Shown here: piece after piece, positions 41,015 through 54,991 of the stretch | Numbering within the stretch: the stretch's first letter is position 1 | Layout: each line of letters begins with the position of its first letter | Assembly: GCA_001600695.1 (NCBI GenBank) | Contig: BCKQ01000006.1 | Span: forward strand, 589,516 to 653,515 | Source: Ascoidea asiatica JCM 7603 | Lineage: Eukaryota > Fungi > Ascomycota | Direction: 5' to 3' | Length of the DNA stretch: 64,000 bases | Notes under the pieces: model-generated | The model's input: only the letters and a program-made list of their open reading frames with translations | What the model was told of the DNA's origin: nothing | The model's database searches: none | Translations under genes and position numbers: made by a program

Positions 41015-44000
41015 ATGGTTCAATCAAATCATGAACAATTATCCACTATCATAAGCAATGATGAAAATAATAATGAAAATATTGATGATGAATTTGTTGC
41101 TATTGCTGAGAAAATCAAATTTCCTCATGGAGCAGACGATGATCCAAGCAGGATTCCAACAGAAGATGATTTCAAAAAGTATCCTCAACTTAAGTTTAAA
41201 AGAATCACAACTGGAAATAGCGAGATTGAAGTTTCATTACATTCCATTCCTCATCATTTCTGCCTCACTATAACTGGAAAGCTATATTCTTTGGATGAGT
41301 ATTTTGGCGTTTATGATACTTTATTTGAAAAGTTTCAAAATATTTCTTGGAAATTGGAAGAGTATGTTTATGACATAAAACCTCTTCACAAATATGATTC
41401 TGTTTTTTATTATTTTCTCTCTTACTTTTTAAACTTTGTTGATGATCTGATGAAATTTAATGTGGATTCAGATGGGTTTTATAATATTAATTTATCTTTT
41501 GAAAATGATCATCTTCAAAGAAAATTAAATTTTGGTGAACAATTTAGTATTTTTGTTGAATTTATTCCTTGGATGGAGGAACTTTATATCATTTTCGAAG
41601 ATTTGGACTCTATAAACTCACCAAGTAGTAATAGTTTGAGAGGGTTATTTAAAAAATATTGGGAAAAAGAACTTATTAAAATTGAAATTGATAGTGAGAT
41701 TTAAGAAAATTTTCATAAATGCGAATTATTCTTTAATCGTATTTACGAAAATTTAAAAAGGTATAAAATTTGTACTTTCTTTCAAATGATTGTTGATAAT
41801 GGTTTTTATGGTTCTGAAGAGGATTTTGATTTTTGTGTTCATTCAAGAAATATTATTATGGTGCTAATTGATTTTTTAAATTATAAATCCGAATATTTTG
41901 AAGAAGAAATTAATTATTTTAAATCAAATGAGTTTCAAAGGAAACTTAAAACGTCAAAACTAATAAGAAAAAAATCTTTTAGTGAAGTGATTTCCAGTTT
42001 TTATGAAAATTCTTTTATCAAAGCCTTAATTATTTCAAATGGATCTTTAGGACCTTTATTACATACCTTTATACTACATTCAAGTGATGAACTGTATCGT
42101 CGTTTATTAGTTTTTGATAGCTTTATGGTAGAAAGTGCATGGGACAAAAATTTCAAGCTTATAATAAATAAACCAATTATGTTTCATAAAATAAATCAAA
42201 TTTTCGAAATTGCTCGAGGTATAAGCACAGTGATTACAATAACTGATGATGATAATAATAGCATAATCCTTGAGGTTGTTTCCAAAGATGATGGGTACAA
42301 ATACTTGAAAAAGGATTTAATTTCATTAGGAGTTGATATAGGTAAGTTTAAGAATGAGTTTAATATGAATTCAGCTTTACTTTTTAATTTGGAAACTCTT
42401 TATGAACTTAATTTTAAACTTCAATCAATAGAAAAAATCATTGACATTGCTAAAAATTTAGTAACTGAATTTAAAATTGGTATTTATAAAACATTACCTT
42501 TCAAAGATAATTTTTCTTTAAAACTTTACTCTGAAATGATTGAAAATGATATACTTTCTAGAGATATGCTTTACCAAAGTGATTACATTTTGACATTAAT
42601 GCTAACATTTTATAAAAATGCATCAAAGTTGGATACAAATAAAGTAAAAAGATTTTTACATATGAAGTCATCCTTATTCAATAAATCAAAAATCAAGAAG
42701 AACAATTCACTCTTTCACAATTACATTTGGATTCAATAAAAACAGAGTCCAGTGAATTAGTAAATCAATATTTCAAAAAATCCTATACAGTGATTCAACT
42801 AACTGAAAAATTAACTAATAGTATTAAAAATAAAAAAAGTGAAAACAATAATGCATTGCTTAGTTTGATTGGTAATGATATATATGAACTTAAAGATTCG
42901 CAGCTTGGAAATGAATATGATTTTTTTATTATTCCTCCTAGATATAAAAAGAATAAAAATATTGTTTTACTAGTATTGCCAAAGACTGTTATCATCACAG
43001 AAGAAAATAATGATCAATTAAAAATGATTAAGGAGGTGATGAAAATAAAGGTATTTTTGAGTCAACCTGTAAAGGAATCTATTCCTGCCATTGTCCAACA
43101 AAAAGTTTTTTATGGTTTTTTTACTGTCAATAAATCCTTTTATTTTCACTTTCGGTTTTCCCTTATAGGAATTCGTTATATCCCATTTTTTTATTGTTTT
43201 CTATTTTATTCAGATAATCCTAGACTCAAGTTTAGTAAAAATTCTTGTCAAGTCGAGCAATTATTATTTGATGTTAAAATAAGTTTAACCCATCCTCACA
43301 TTGCAGTCCATAAGGTTTGTGATAATTTTAATGTAAATTCAAACAATAAGTCAGCCTTGGAATACTTTTTGACAAGTTTGTTTTTTTATAATATTAATTC
43401 TCTTTACAGAGACATTTCAGATTCTTTAAAAGAAGCTGAAAGTTTTGAAAAGGATTACTACCAATATTTCGGAATTGAAGATGAAATAAAAAATGAAGAA
43501 AATATTGATAGGTTCAAATTAATTCAAAGATTAAATTCCATCTATAACTCAAATTTTGAAGAATCTATTAGTGACACTAATAATAGTTTAGTATCTATAG
43601 ATTCTTACAATTTAGACATGAGTCAAAAATTAACCCAAATTAGAGAAAGATTTAATGATATTTATTATACTTTTTTCAATTTTCATAATTTTCATTTTCA
43701 AGAATTTATGGTATTATTTATTACAAAGAGTAAGAATATGGAAGATAGTGATTTAATTGAAATATGTAAAAACTATCTTAATAATTATTTAGATGATAAA
43801 TTTATTCATATAGTTGGTAGCAGTGAAGATGTATTTCTTGATATCAAAAAGTTATTTGTTGAACTTACTGAGTTTCATACCCAATTTCACTCAGACTTGA
43901 AATTTAAGTTAGAGAAAGTTGAGGATATTATTTTTTTGTTGAGTCTTTATAAGAATAATTGTGATTATATTATGAATTATTTTGTAAAAAAGGAAAATTT

Positions 44001-44064
44001 CGACTGTGATAAATTATTTTTTAGATATAAGAATAGAAGAAAAACATTATCATGTTTTATCTAA
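41015..44064 (+). pseudogene. Single ~1016-codon gene broken by one in-frame TAA (41702) and one -1 frameshift (42685-42736); unknown, possibly CorA-like soluble domains
   Basis: 41015 and 41786 share a frame and 41705-41785 is open. The third ORF has no ATG start, and its frame is open from 42685, overlapping the second ORF. Confidence 0.65.
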
Positions 44065-44227
44065 AACTTTGAAATTGGCAAAAAAAACCTTAAGGAGTTA
44101 ATTAAGTGTTCCAATATTTGATAAGTGAAGCTAAATAGTAACAAGTAACTTAATAAAATGAAATATTATTTTTATTGTTTATATTATATTATATTATATT
44201 ATTATTAATAAGAGTATTATGTAGTAT

Positions 44228-44932
44228 TTAATATTCAGACACATTGTTTTCGATATCACTAACTTTAGAATGTTTAATTCCAATTAATATCAAAGCAATA
44301 TCTTCACCTTCAATGAAAGCTTTTGCATCGGGATTCATAGCTTTTAATTTATCTTGATAATATTTGAATTCTTTATCATTGTCATTGTCATTGTCATTGT
44401 CATTATCATCATTATCATTATCATTATCATTATCATTGCTGTCTTTATTATCATTTGATATAACTTTAATAACTTCACCAATTAAAGTAGCACTAACTTG
44501 ACTTATTAATTCATTTTGATTTAAATTTTTTAATAATTGAAATAATTTTGAAGATTTATTAAAATTTAAATCATTATTATTATATTCATTATCTTTATTA
44601 TTTTTATTATTTATTAAACTTTCTTCATTATCATTATTTTTAATTGTAATCCAATCATGAACTAATAATGAAACTTTTTTATTTTTTAAAATATTATGAT
44701 ATTTTCTTGTTGTTTTATGTGTTGATAATAATATAAAATTTTCATTTTTTAAATTAGAATTTAAATTAGAATTAAAATTTAATTCATTATTATAAAGATC
44801 ATTTATTGATAGAAATGTATAATTCATTAATGAAACATTTGGTTCATTCGTCTGTGGATCACAGGTACCAAGATGAACAAATTTAGCAGATTTTAATAAT
44901 GAAGTAACTGATTCTGGTAATTGACAACACAT
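44228..44932 (-). CDS. Pyridoxamine 5'-phosphate oxidase-like FMN-binding protein (YLR456W/YPR172W family)
   Basis: LKSAKFVHLGTC...PNVSLMNYTF, TRKYHNILKNKKVSLLVHDW, NPDAKAFIEG. Confidence 0.88.
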   Translation of the reverse strand: MCCQLPESVTSLLKSAKFVHLGTCDPQTNEPNVSLMNYTFLSINDLYNNELNFNSNLNSNLKNENFILLSTHKTTRKYHNILKNKKVSLLVHDWITIKNNDNEESLINNKNNKDNEYNNNDLNFNKSSKLFQLLKNLNQNELISQVSATLIGEVIKVISNDNKDSNDNDNDNDNDDNDNDNDNDNDKEFKYYQDKLKAMNPDAKAFIEGEDIALILIGIKHSKVSDIENNVSEY

Positions 44933-45317
44933 TCTTTATCACACTTATATTCTATTGATTATATTCTATTGATTATATTCTATTGATTATATTCTATTGA
45001 TTGAATTGATTGTATTGTTATATATATATATATTTTATTGATTATATTTATCTGATATTCTATGATTTATCCTTTACTTCTTTCATCAATCATCAATTTT
45101 TAACTGTCAACTGTAAGCAAACAAACAAAAAAACAAAGAATAAAATCCCTGAAGAAAAGCCGTGTGGAAAAGGTTTTGCCACGCTCTTTTCTTTTGCCTT
45201 CGGATCTGAAGATATTCAATCGACCAATATAATAAATATCAATGATCTATTATTAAAAGAAGAAGAACAACAACAATCAATGATTTAAAAGAAGAAGAAT
45301 CAATTGAATAATATCTA

Positions 45318-46637
45318 ATGACAAAAGAATTAATAAAACAAAGAGTAACCATCATACTCCCAAATGAAAATGGAAATCATAATGAAAATAAAAATAAAGA
45401 TCAATTCACTCAGTTAGATGGTTTAATTTTAGAAAAAAATAAATGGTTTATACCAAAAGGTAATTATCAAAGACAAGATAGATTTATAATTCCAATTAAT
45501 TTATTTAAAAATCAATTAAAAAATTATAATCTTTTCAATTATTTAAACAATATCAACAAGTTCTCAATTGAATGGTCAACTTTTAATAATTCTGAAAAAT
45601 ATTCAATTCCATTAAGTAAAAATATATTATCAGGTTTAAATTATTATATATATCCAAATTCAATCAATAATGAAAAGTCAATCAATGAATCAATTGATGA
45701 TTTTATTAAATTAATTGATGTTTATAGTACTGTAAATGACAATATAAATAATAAAAGTAATGATGTAAAAATATTTTCAAAGAATTTCATAAAAACTCCA
45801 ATTTCATATAATTATCAAAATAATAATATAAATAAAATTCCAAATAATTTAAATAAGTTTATTTCAAATTTAATTTGTAATTTAGATAATGAATTCACTT
45901 CCGATCGTAAAAAAAATTATTGTATTAAAAAATTAAATAAAGATTTAAATAATAATTTATCTTCTTTTTCAATTGAATTTAATAATAATAATAACAGTTC
46001 TAAAAAAAATGAAAAAGATTTATTAATAACTTTATTTTGGTCAAATGTTAATTATAATTCAATGATCTTACAATCAAAGAATATCTTGAAAGAATTAGGT
46101 CTTTTTCAAATTGATAATAAAGCTTCAATAATTTATGATGATATAAATTTATTTGGAATTTCAACAACTTTAAATAATATTAAAGATGATCAGTTTTTAG
46201 TTGCACCAAATGATTTAAATGATTTAAAAGTTGCAAAAAAAACAATGTTTTATATTAATCCTCGTCATAAATTATATTCTCAACAAACTTTTAACTCTTT
46301 TATAAATAATAATCCAATGGGTTTAAATCCAACTCACACAATTCAATTAAATGAATCAAATGAATCCAAGGAACTAATTCAACCAATGAATAAAGAAATT
46401 TTTGATTGTGAATTATATGGATATTTTAATTTACCAAAAAATATTTTTTTCGATAAATATCAATTATATCAACAATCTAAAGAAACTAATAGAAATTTAA
46501 TATTAATTTGGGGTGAAACAAATCTTGAATTACCTGAATATAATATTCAAAAATGGGGTTCTTCTGCTTTATTTCAATATAATTCTTCGATTTCAAATAT
46601 AATTGAAACTCCTTTACATTTTAGATATCAAAAACCA

Positions 46638-46684
<47 letters not shown>

Positions 46685-47135
46685 TAGTATTAATAATAAT
46701 TCAAATATTTTAAATTTTAATATGAATACTCCTGAAATATTTTGGGGTTGTGAATTATCAATACCAAAATTAAATAATTATTATTCAAATAATCAAAAAT
46801 CAATGAAAAGATCTGAATATGATTATTTAATTGAAAAATATAATACTCTTACTGAAAGAAATCCATTAGATTCTATCTCTGATTTAAATTATGAAGCTTT
46901 ATTTACTAATAATACCATTTTTTTTCATTTTAATTCAAATAATGAAATTTTAAAAGACTCTTATCAAATACCAACTATCCAATTCAGTGCATATAATAAC
47001 GTTAAATACTTAACTTTGGCTGCTATGATATTGTCCTTTTGTTATTTATTTATTAAAATTTTTATTAAAAGATTTTTTAATACAACTATTATTTCTACGA
47101 GTGAAACAGTTCCCGAGGAAAAGAAGGAAAAATAG
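45318..47135 (+). CDS. PBN1: GPI mannosyltransferase I subunit Pbn1 (PIG-X)
   Basis: CELYGYFNLPKNIFFDKYQ, WGETNLELPEY..WGS, PLHFRY, single C-terminal TM with KKEK tail. Confidence 0.87.
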
Positions 47136-47414
47136 AATCTATTCAAAATTAAAACTGAATTCTTTTTTTTTTTCTTTACACAATATAATGTATAGATATA
47201 CAGTATATTTATTTTTAGAAAAATCTATGCATCCGCTTTTTATTATTAACTTATTTATCAATAAATAGAAAACGATTTTATCGATGAGAAATAAAATTGT
47301 AGTTGAGAGAATAAAAAACAAATTATGTAGGAAACTAAAATCTCATAAAATGAAACAATGAAAACAGAAGAGAAACTAAAAAAAAATAAATATCATAAAT
47401 AAAAAACAAATTGT

Positions 47415-50400
47415 TCATTGTCTGGTACTAATAGTAGAAGAATGAGTAGATCCTGTACTTAATCTCGAACTATGAATCGGATATCTAGATGGAGGTCTTA
47501 AGCCATTTCTTGATACTGATCTGAAACTTGAATTGGAGATTCTTTTAGTATGCGACTGAGCATCCTGTGGTACTGGTATATTACTTTTAGCAGAAGATTG
47601 TGTTGAGACAGCTGATATTAAAGATACTGTAGAACCAGCTCTTGATGAATCAACTAATCCAAGAGGAGTTGTTGGCATTCTTGGTCTTTTTATCAAAGAT
47701 TCCAGGGATGCGTTAGGCAGTCGAAGTCTAGAAGGTCTTACTCTTAATACTTTATCGACATCTTGAAGAAGATCAGCAAATTCTGAAAAATCCTGAAAGG
47801 AATTACTATTAGATATTGAAAAATTAAGTGCACTACTATTAGTTGGAGTTTTTGGAGTAGCAGTCATATTGGGTGCCCTGATACGTGAACCAGGTGACAT
47901 TGGAGTTGGTATTAAAGAGCTTCGTTTTGAAGCCATAGGTGATGAAAATGAAGATCTTCTTGAGGCTCCAATAATTGTAGTAGTTGAACCATTGGTAATT
48001 GTTTTTGAATTTGATATTAGAGAACTAAGGGAATTTTTTTCTGGTAATGAGCAGAACTTTGAAATTCCATTATTCAAGTTTAAACACTTTTTGGAATTAT
48101 CAATTGAGGGTAGCGGAATGAACGATCGATAAGGTCTAGAACCAGGTGAAAGAGATTTGTTTGATGAATTGGATAATCTATCTTTTCTTGGAGTATTAGG
48201 TTTAATTTGTTTCAAATTTCTACTATAACCATTGTTAACAATTTTGGATTTAGATGGAGTTTTATCAAGATCTGATAAAATATTATCATAAGCTCCTTTG
48301 ATGATTTCTGGAGAATCTTCAAGACTTAACTGATCTAATCCTATAATTAAACTATGATCTTCTTCAAGTTGACCACTTTCAAGTCGTTTGAGGGCTTTTA
48401 GTCTTGTTCTTTCCACATTATTATAGTTACTGTAATCTGCATTATCTTCACTGGATGAAGAAGAAAGTGAATTTGACTTTGGTTTATTTGAGATACAATT
48501 GAGTTCATCAAAAGTGTTTGTTTTCTTTGATTCTTCTTGTGAATCTTGTGATCCTCGTATACTTAAATCTTTTAGTTTATCCACAAGAGGAGTAATGGCA
48601 TACGCACTAGGAGCATTATTGAATTTAGCATTTGAAGCTTTAGGCACAGGAGTCTTTTTATTGAAATTATTAAGAAATTCATAATATTTAGGAGAGGTAT
48701 CATTCACAGATTCTTGTTCAACATCTGAAACATAAGCTTTTTCAACTTCAGGTAGCATATGAGTGCTAAGTAAAATATCACTTCTAGCCTTTTTGTGTTT
48801 TGTAATTGCATCTTGAGCTGAAGGTTGACGAATTAAGACTGAACTTTCCACAGTTGCCTTTTTTGGAGATGTTGGAGTTCCTTGAACTAACACTGGATGA
48901 AGGTTTAACTTACTGACCAAAGCAGATCCTATTAATGATTTTCTATTATTATATTTAGGTTTTTTTGGGGGAGTTGTTGGTTGAAGTAATATATGTGAAA
49001 CATTACTATTTCCACCTAGTGAGAATCCTATTAAACCAGTAGACTCATCTATAGAGCCTTGTCTATTATTCACATGAGTTTGTTGTTTTCTTGAAGATGG
49101 AGATATTTCTGGACCATAAGGAGATGATAAAGGAGAAGTTTCATTTAAATTTGAATTTTCTTTATTTTTTGAAATATGATTATCTGGTTTTGATGAGAAA
49201 AAATCATCATCACTAACACTAGAATCACTCATTATTTCTTCTACAATATTTGAGTTATTATTAGAATTTTGATTAATATGATGTATTGAACCTTCACTAA
49301 TTGTACCCATTGTATTGAAATTATTATTATTGAGACTATTATTATTACTATAAGCATGTTTCAGACTAAGACTTGTATTATCAATATTTGATATTGAATT
49401 ATTAAATTTATTCAGTCTTACCAGTCTATCCAGCAGTCTATTAAAACTATTTTCTTTTCTTTTTTTACTTTGAGATATTAAATTTTCAATATAATCATCT
49501 GGAAAATTTTTCTTTAAATTTATCCATGAATCTTTTGTTTGATTGAAAGTTATTATTATTTCTTGAGAATTAGTTATATTTTCATCTATAGATTGACTTA
49601 AAACAGCAATGGTATTTTCAAGTGTTGAAATTTTATAATTAATAGCTGGAGATAATTGTTTAAATTTTTCCAATTTTTCTTGTTTTTCTTGTTTTGATAA
49701 TTTAGATATATGTTTCTTATTTTCATTAGATTCATTATTATTATTATTTTCATTTTCATTTTCATTTTCATTGATATTATTTGATTGAAAATCAATTAAT
49801 TGAAATTTCATTAATTCACTTTCAATATTTTTTATTATAAAAGAAGATTCACTAATTAAATATGCAAAAATTTCTATCCATCTTTTATCAATTAATTCTT
49901 GTTTTAAATCATCTATATCATTTTGTAAAAAAACCCATCTTTCAAATAATTTTTCATATTTATCTTTTAAAGTATCAATTGAAGTTGGATAAATATCAAT
50001 CGCTATTGAAATATATTGTTCTAATCTTGGTTGTATATAATCTATTGAAATTTTTAAAGGATCAAGTTTTAATTTTAAATCAATAAAATTACTATATATT
50101 AAATCATCAGCATCTGAGAATGAAGGTAATTTTAAATTTCTTGAATTAGAAGATAATCTTGAACGATAAGAGTTTGAATTTGGACTATCAATATTATTTT
50201 TATTATTATTTTTATTTGAATCATTTAAAGATTTATTATTATTATTATTATTATCATCATTGAATATATTATTATCAGGAGAATTTATTGGAGAAGAAGA
50301 AGGAGAATCATGAAATGAATCATTTATATTTTTTATTTTTTCAGTTAATAATTCAACAGTAAAAGAAATAACAGAAGATGAATCTCTATTTTTATTTATT

Positions 50401-50833
50401 ATAGAATCATTATTATTTCTATTAATTTCAATTTCATTTTGATATTGATATTGATTAAATTTTGGAGAAGAATCATTTGAAATTGATAAATTTGGTAAAA
50501 AAGAAAAATTAGAAGAAAAAGCTAATTCATGAATTTTAAAAGAATCTTTTAAACAATTTTCAATTTCATAAGATATTGAATCAATAATTTGATAATATAA
50601 TTCATTAAATTGAATTGAAATATCAACTTTTTTTTTATATGAAATTAAATATTTTTTAACTTGTAAAGTTAAATCACTAAATTTTTCAATTTTATCTAAA
50701 ACTCTTAAATATTCTTTTTTTTTTTTTTCACAATTATGATGAGATTGAATTGAAGAATTATTACTATAAATTGAACTTGGAATTGAGAAAGATCTTAAAT
50801 GTAAATTACTTTGATCATTATTATTATTATTGC

Positions 50834-50864
<31 letters not shown>

Positions 50865-51062
50865 TTTAATATTATTATTAATTTGATCAATTAAAAGATT
50901 ACTATTTATAGTTTCATTATCACCTAAAAGATTTAAAGAAGAATCATCATTATCTTCTTCTTCAATTTCAGATAAATCTGGATTTCTTAATAAAGATTTT
51001 AAATTTGAATTTGGATTTGAGATTGGTAATGGAATTGGCATTGGTAATGGAAAATTCATTGA

Positions 51063-51102
<40 letters not shown>

Positions 51103-51875
51103 GTGGTTGTGGTAGTTGTGGTTGTGGTTGTAGTGGTAGTGGTGGCGGTAGAATATGAATTTGAAGATATTTGTTTTAAAGTAAGATTTTCATTTTTATT
51201 ATTATTGTTTAGGTTGTTATTATTGGTATTGATTAAATGGACATGATCATTAATATTAATTGAATGATTATCATGATTACAAATTTGAAATTTATTTTGA
51301 ATTAAATTTAAAAATTGAGAAATTACAGAATCTATAGAATCCACATTTCTTGAAATTTTTAAAATTTGAATTCTACCTTCATAAATCCATTCAATATTAT
51401 TATAATAATGATTAATTGGAGATTGAATATTAGTTATAGTTTCTAAATCTAAGAATAATTTTAAAACTTCAGATAAATAAATTAAAATATTTGAAATTGA
51501 ATCAAAAATTTTATCTAAATCATAATGTAATAAAGAAGGACCAGCTTTTTCAATTTCTTTAATTAATAATAATTCATTATATAAAGAAAAATCTGGACAT
51601 GATTTTAAAATATCAGATAATAATAAATTTTCAACAATATTAAGAGTTGATAATGAAGATTGAGATAAATTTGAATTTTTTGAATTTTGAGAATTTAAAT
51701 CAGATAAATTTGAATTAAAAGTATTTTGAGATATATTTGAAATATTTGAAATATTTGAAATATTTGAAATATTTGAATTTTGAGTATTAATTGTTGAATT
51801 TGAATTATTTAAAGAATTATTTTTAAATATTGAAAGTTTTGGAGGTTCAGTTATAGTTATTGAACCTTGAGACAT
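47415..51875 (-). CDS. KAR9: Spindle-positioning protein Kar9
   Basis: LPSFS...LDPLKISIDYIQPRL...LKQELIDKRWIEIF helical core; basic Ser/Pro-rich tail with SxIP-like motifs (SFIP, SLIP, SNIP). Confidence 0.72.
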
Positions 51876-53201
51876 TATTTTATTAGAAAGTTATTTTATT
51901 ATTATATTTTTAAATTATATATCATTTAAATATAATTGACATTATTTTTTTTTCTAAAGAAATTGAATTATTTATTAATTTATTTATTTATTTATTGATA
52001 TATTTTAATTGAAATAATTGAAAAAGTTTAATAAAGTGATTATATAATGAATATGAATATGAATATGAATAAGAATATGATGATAATGATTATTGATAAT
52101 GATTATCGATAATGAAGGAATGAATTTAAATAATTAATAAATCAGGTACTCAAACTTGAATAAAATTTTAATTCATGGGATAATCATTAAAGAAAAAAGA
52201 TATAAAAAAACAAAAATAATAGGATAAATATATAAAAGTATGAAGATATGAAGATAAATAGCAAAGAATAAATAGCAAATAGAGTATTAAAGCATTAAAT
52301 TATTAAATCAATAAAGTAATAAAAAAAAATATAAGTTATGAATTATGAATTATGAATTATGAATTATGAAATATGAAATATGAATTTTATTGAATAAAAA
52401 GTATGGAAAGAATAAGACTGAAAGGTACAGTGGTGATACTAGGAGCAGTAACTTTAGTAACTTAGTAACTTATAACTTATAACTTAGTAACTTTTGAAAG
52501 CTTTGGACTATTTCAGGATACAAAAAATAAACATACTTTTTTTCAGGTTTTAGCACTGCTCGCTTCCAGTGCGGTGAAAGAGCGAGTTTGGTTCCTGTGG
52601 AGAAATCGAGAGGAATGGAACAAGAACAAGAACAAGAACAAGAACTGGGAGTGGATTTGGTGGTTGTGGTTCGTGAGTTGTTTGTGGTTCTGGTGGTTTT
52701 GCATCTTCTTCTGCTTCTTGTTCTTCTTCTTCTTCTTGTTCTTCTGAAGATAAAACACTTTTGCAGTGATTGTATCAAAGTGAGTAGAAAGCGTCTGCCG
52801 CTGTTCTGTGACACGTTACCGCAGCCTGTTTCAACTCCAAATTCAACTCAAATTCCTGGCTCCTGCAAAACAAGAGAAAGTCGGAAAGTCGAAAAGTCAC
52901 GCTTGCTTACGTAAGTAACATGTTTGAAGGATACTTTAAAAACCTGCACTGCAGATTCAATAGCCACTAGCACACGCCACTAGTGCACGCCACTAATTTG
53001 GCAATTAAGTCTATAATAGGAAATGTTTATATGTTTGGTAAAAAATTGAATAATAAAAGAGTTTGAAAATTACTTTATCAACGTTAATTAATATCATTTC
53101 TTTTATTTTATTTTATTTTATTTTATTCACAAAAGTATCAAAAGCATTTACAAGAAGAAATTTATTACTATTAAATCTCATATTTATTTTATTGAAGTTT
53201 T

Positions 53202-53502
53202 TTAATTATTTTTATCATTAGAAAATAATTTAATTGTACCATCTGGTAAAATTTCTCCAATTTGTTTTTTTGGTTCTTTACCTAAAAAAACTCTTTCATA
53301 TAATGGTATTCCACTTAATAATATTAATGGTATACTAACCATTAATAATCCAATACTATTCAATCATTTTGTTAATAATCTTATAAAAAAATAAAAAAAT
53401 AAAAAAATAAAAAAATAAAGTAAATTAAATAATTATATCATACCTTCTTGATTTAGTCAATAATTCTTTCGGTATCTTATTTCTTCTACCACCACTATTC
53501 AT
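53202..53502 (-). CDS. Two-exon 70-aa single-TM microprotein; join(53502..53444, 53355..53202)
   Basis: 88-nt intron GTATGA...TATTAAC...TAG. Spliced product MNSGGRRNKIPKELLTKSRSIGLLMVSIPLILLSGIPLYERVFLGKEPKKQIGEILPDGTIKLFSNDKNN, with host-like codon usage. Confidence 0.8.
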
Positions 53503-54066
53503 TCTTATCTGTTTTATTGTATTTTAATTAAGTCTTATTTATATTCTTTTTAACAAACTATGATTTACAAATAATATCTTTTACAAATTGTTCTTTCAAA
53601 GTTCATTGATTGATTCAAGCTTAAAAACTCGAAACTCGAAGTTCAAAACTCAAAAAGAAGGTTTGAAATCCAATTAACACGTGATTTATTCTATTTATCT
53701 TTTTTTTTAATCATTGATCCATCCTGATGGTACTATTTAAATTTACCAATAATTTTTACTATTAATAATTTGATTTTCATTATTAGAGTCAAGTAAAATA
53801 TGTGGTGAGTCACGGATATAATTAAATTCCGGTAATGTTAATATTAAATACTCTATTTGTTTTAATTTCCTTTTTATCCTTTATTTCTTTTGACTTCTTT
53901 TAAACTTAACTATTATTAAACAAATCTATGATTTTTTATTAATTTTATTTAAAAAAACTTTAGATCTTTATTGATTTATAATATATTTAATATATTTAAT
54001 ATATTTAATACAATATATCTTCATCTTTTTAAATCATTTAATGAATTTTTCAAAATTTCATTCAAA

Positions 54067-54960
54067 ATGAAATTATTTAATTTTTTAATAATTTATATAT
54101 TATTATTATTAATTTATAAATTAAATTTAATTAATTCATTAGATTTAAATACTTTATTTAATTTAAAAATTTCAAGTTCTGATGAATCTGCAAAATTTAA
54201 TGATTATTATATTTATATATATAATAAAAAATTTTTAATAATTTCATCATTAATAATTAATAATAATCAAAATAAATTTGAAAAATTTAAAGGTAAATAT
54301 TTATCTAATAGTTCAATTCAATGTAAAAATTTTAATAATAGTTATTTAAATGTTAATTCAAATAATGGAATTTTATCAATTTCAAATATTAAATCATTAT
54401 CTTTTATAATTGATGAAATTTATTTAAATTTTAATCCAATTAATTTTAAAATTAAAAATTCTGGTTCATTTTCATTATCTCAAAATATTTCAATGATTTA
54501 TGAAAATGAAAATGAAAATGAAAATGAAAATGATGAAGATAATGAAGATGAAGATAATGAAATATCACAAGATGAAGAAGATCAAATCTTAGAAGATATT
54601 GAAGAATATAATATTCAATTTCTTTTATTTGATAAAAAATATCAACCTCCATATTATTCATTTGTTTTAGATTATATTTCTGATGATGATGATGATATAA
54701 GTAGTATAAATAGTATAAATAGTATAAGTAATATATATACTTCAACATTAATTTCATTATCAACAGGAACTATAACTTCAACAATTACAACATCTGGTAT
54801 TGAAAGTGAAATAATTTTAACTTCAGTTTATTCAAAAACTTTAATTCAAGCAAATTATATAAATCTGTCTTCATTATTATTATATTCTTCATCTTTAATA
54901 AATTCAAAAAATATATCATCATTATCCTCAGAATTATCAACTTATACTTCAATAACTTCA

Positions 54961-54991
<31 letters not shown>

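Noticed and set aside
47869-50086. Antisense and alternative-frame ORFs inside KAR9 (likewise within TGL1, AIM23, RPC19, DBP2)
   Set aside because: Shadow ORFs caused by codon bias of the real gene.
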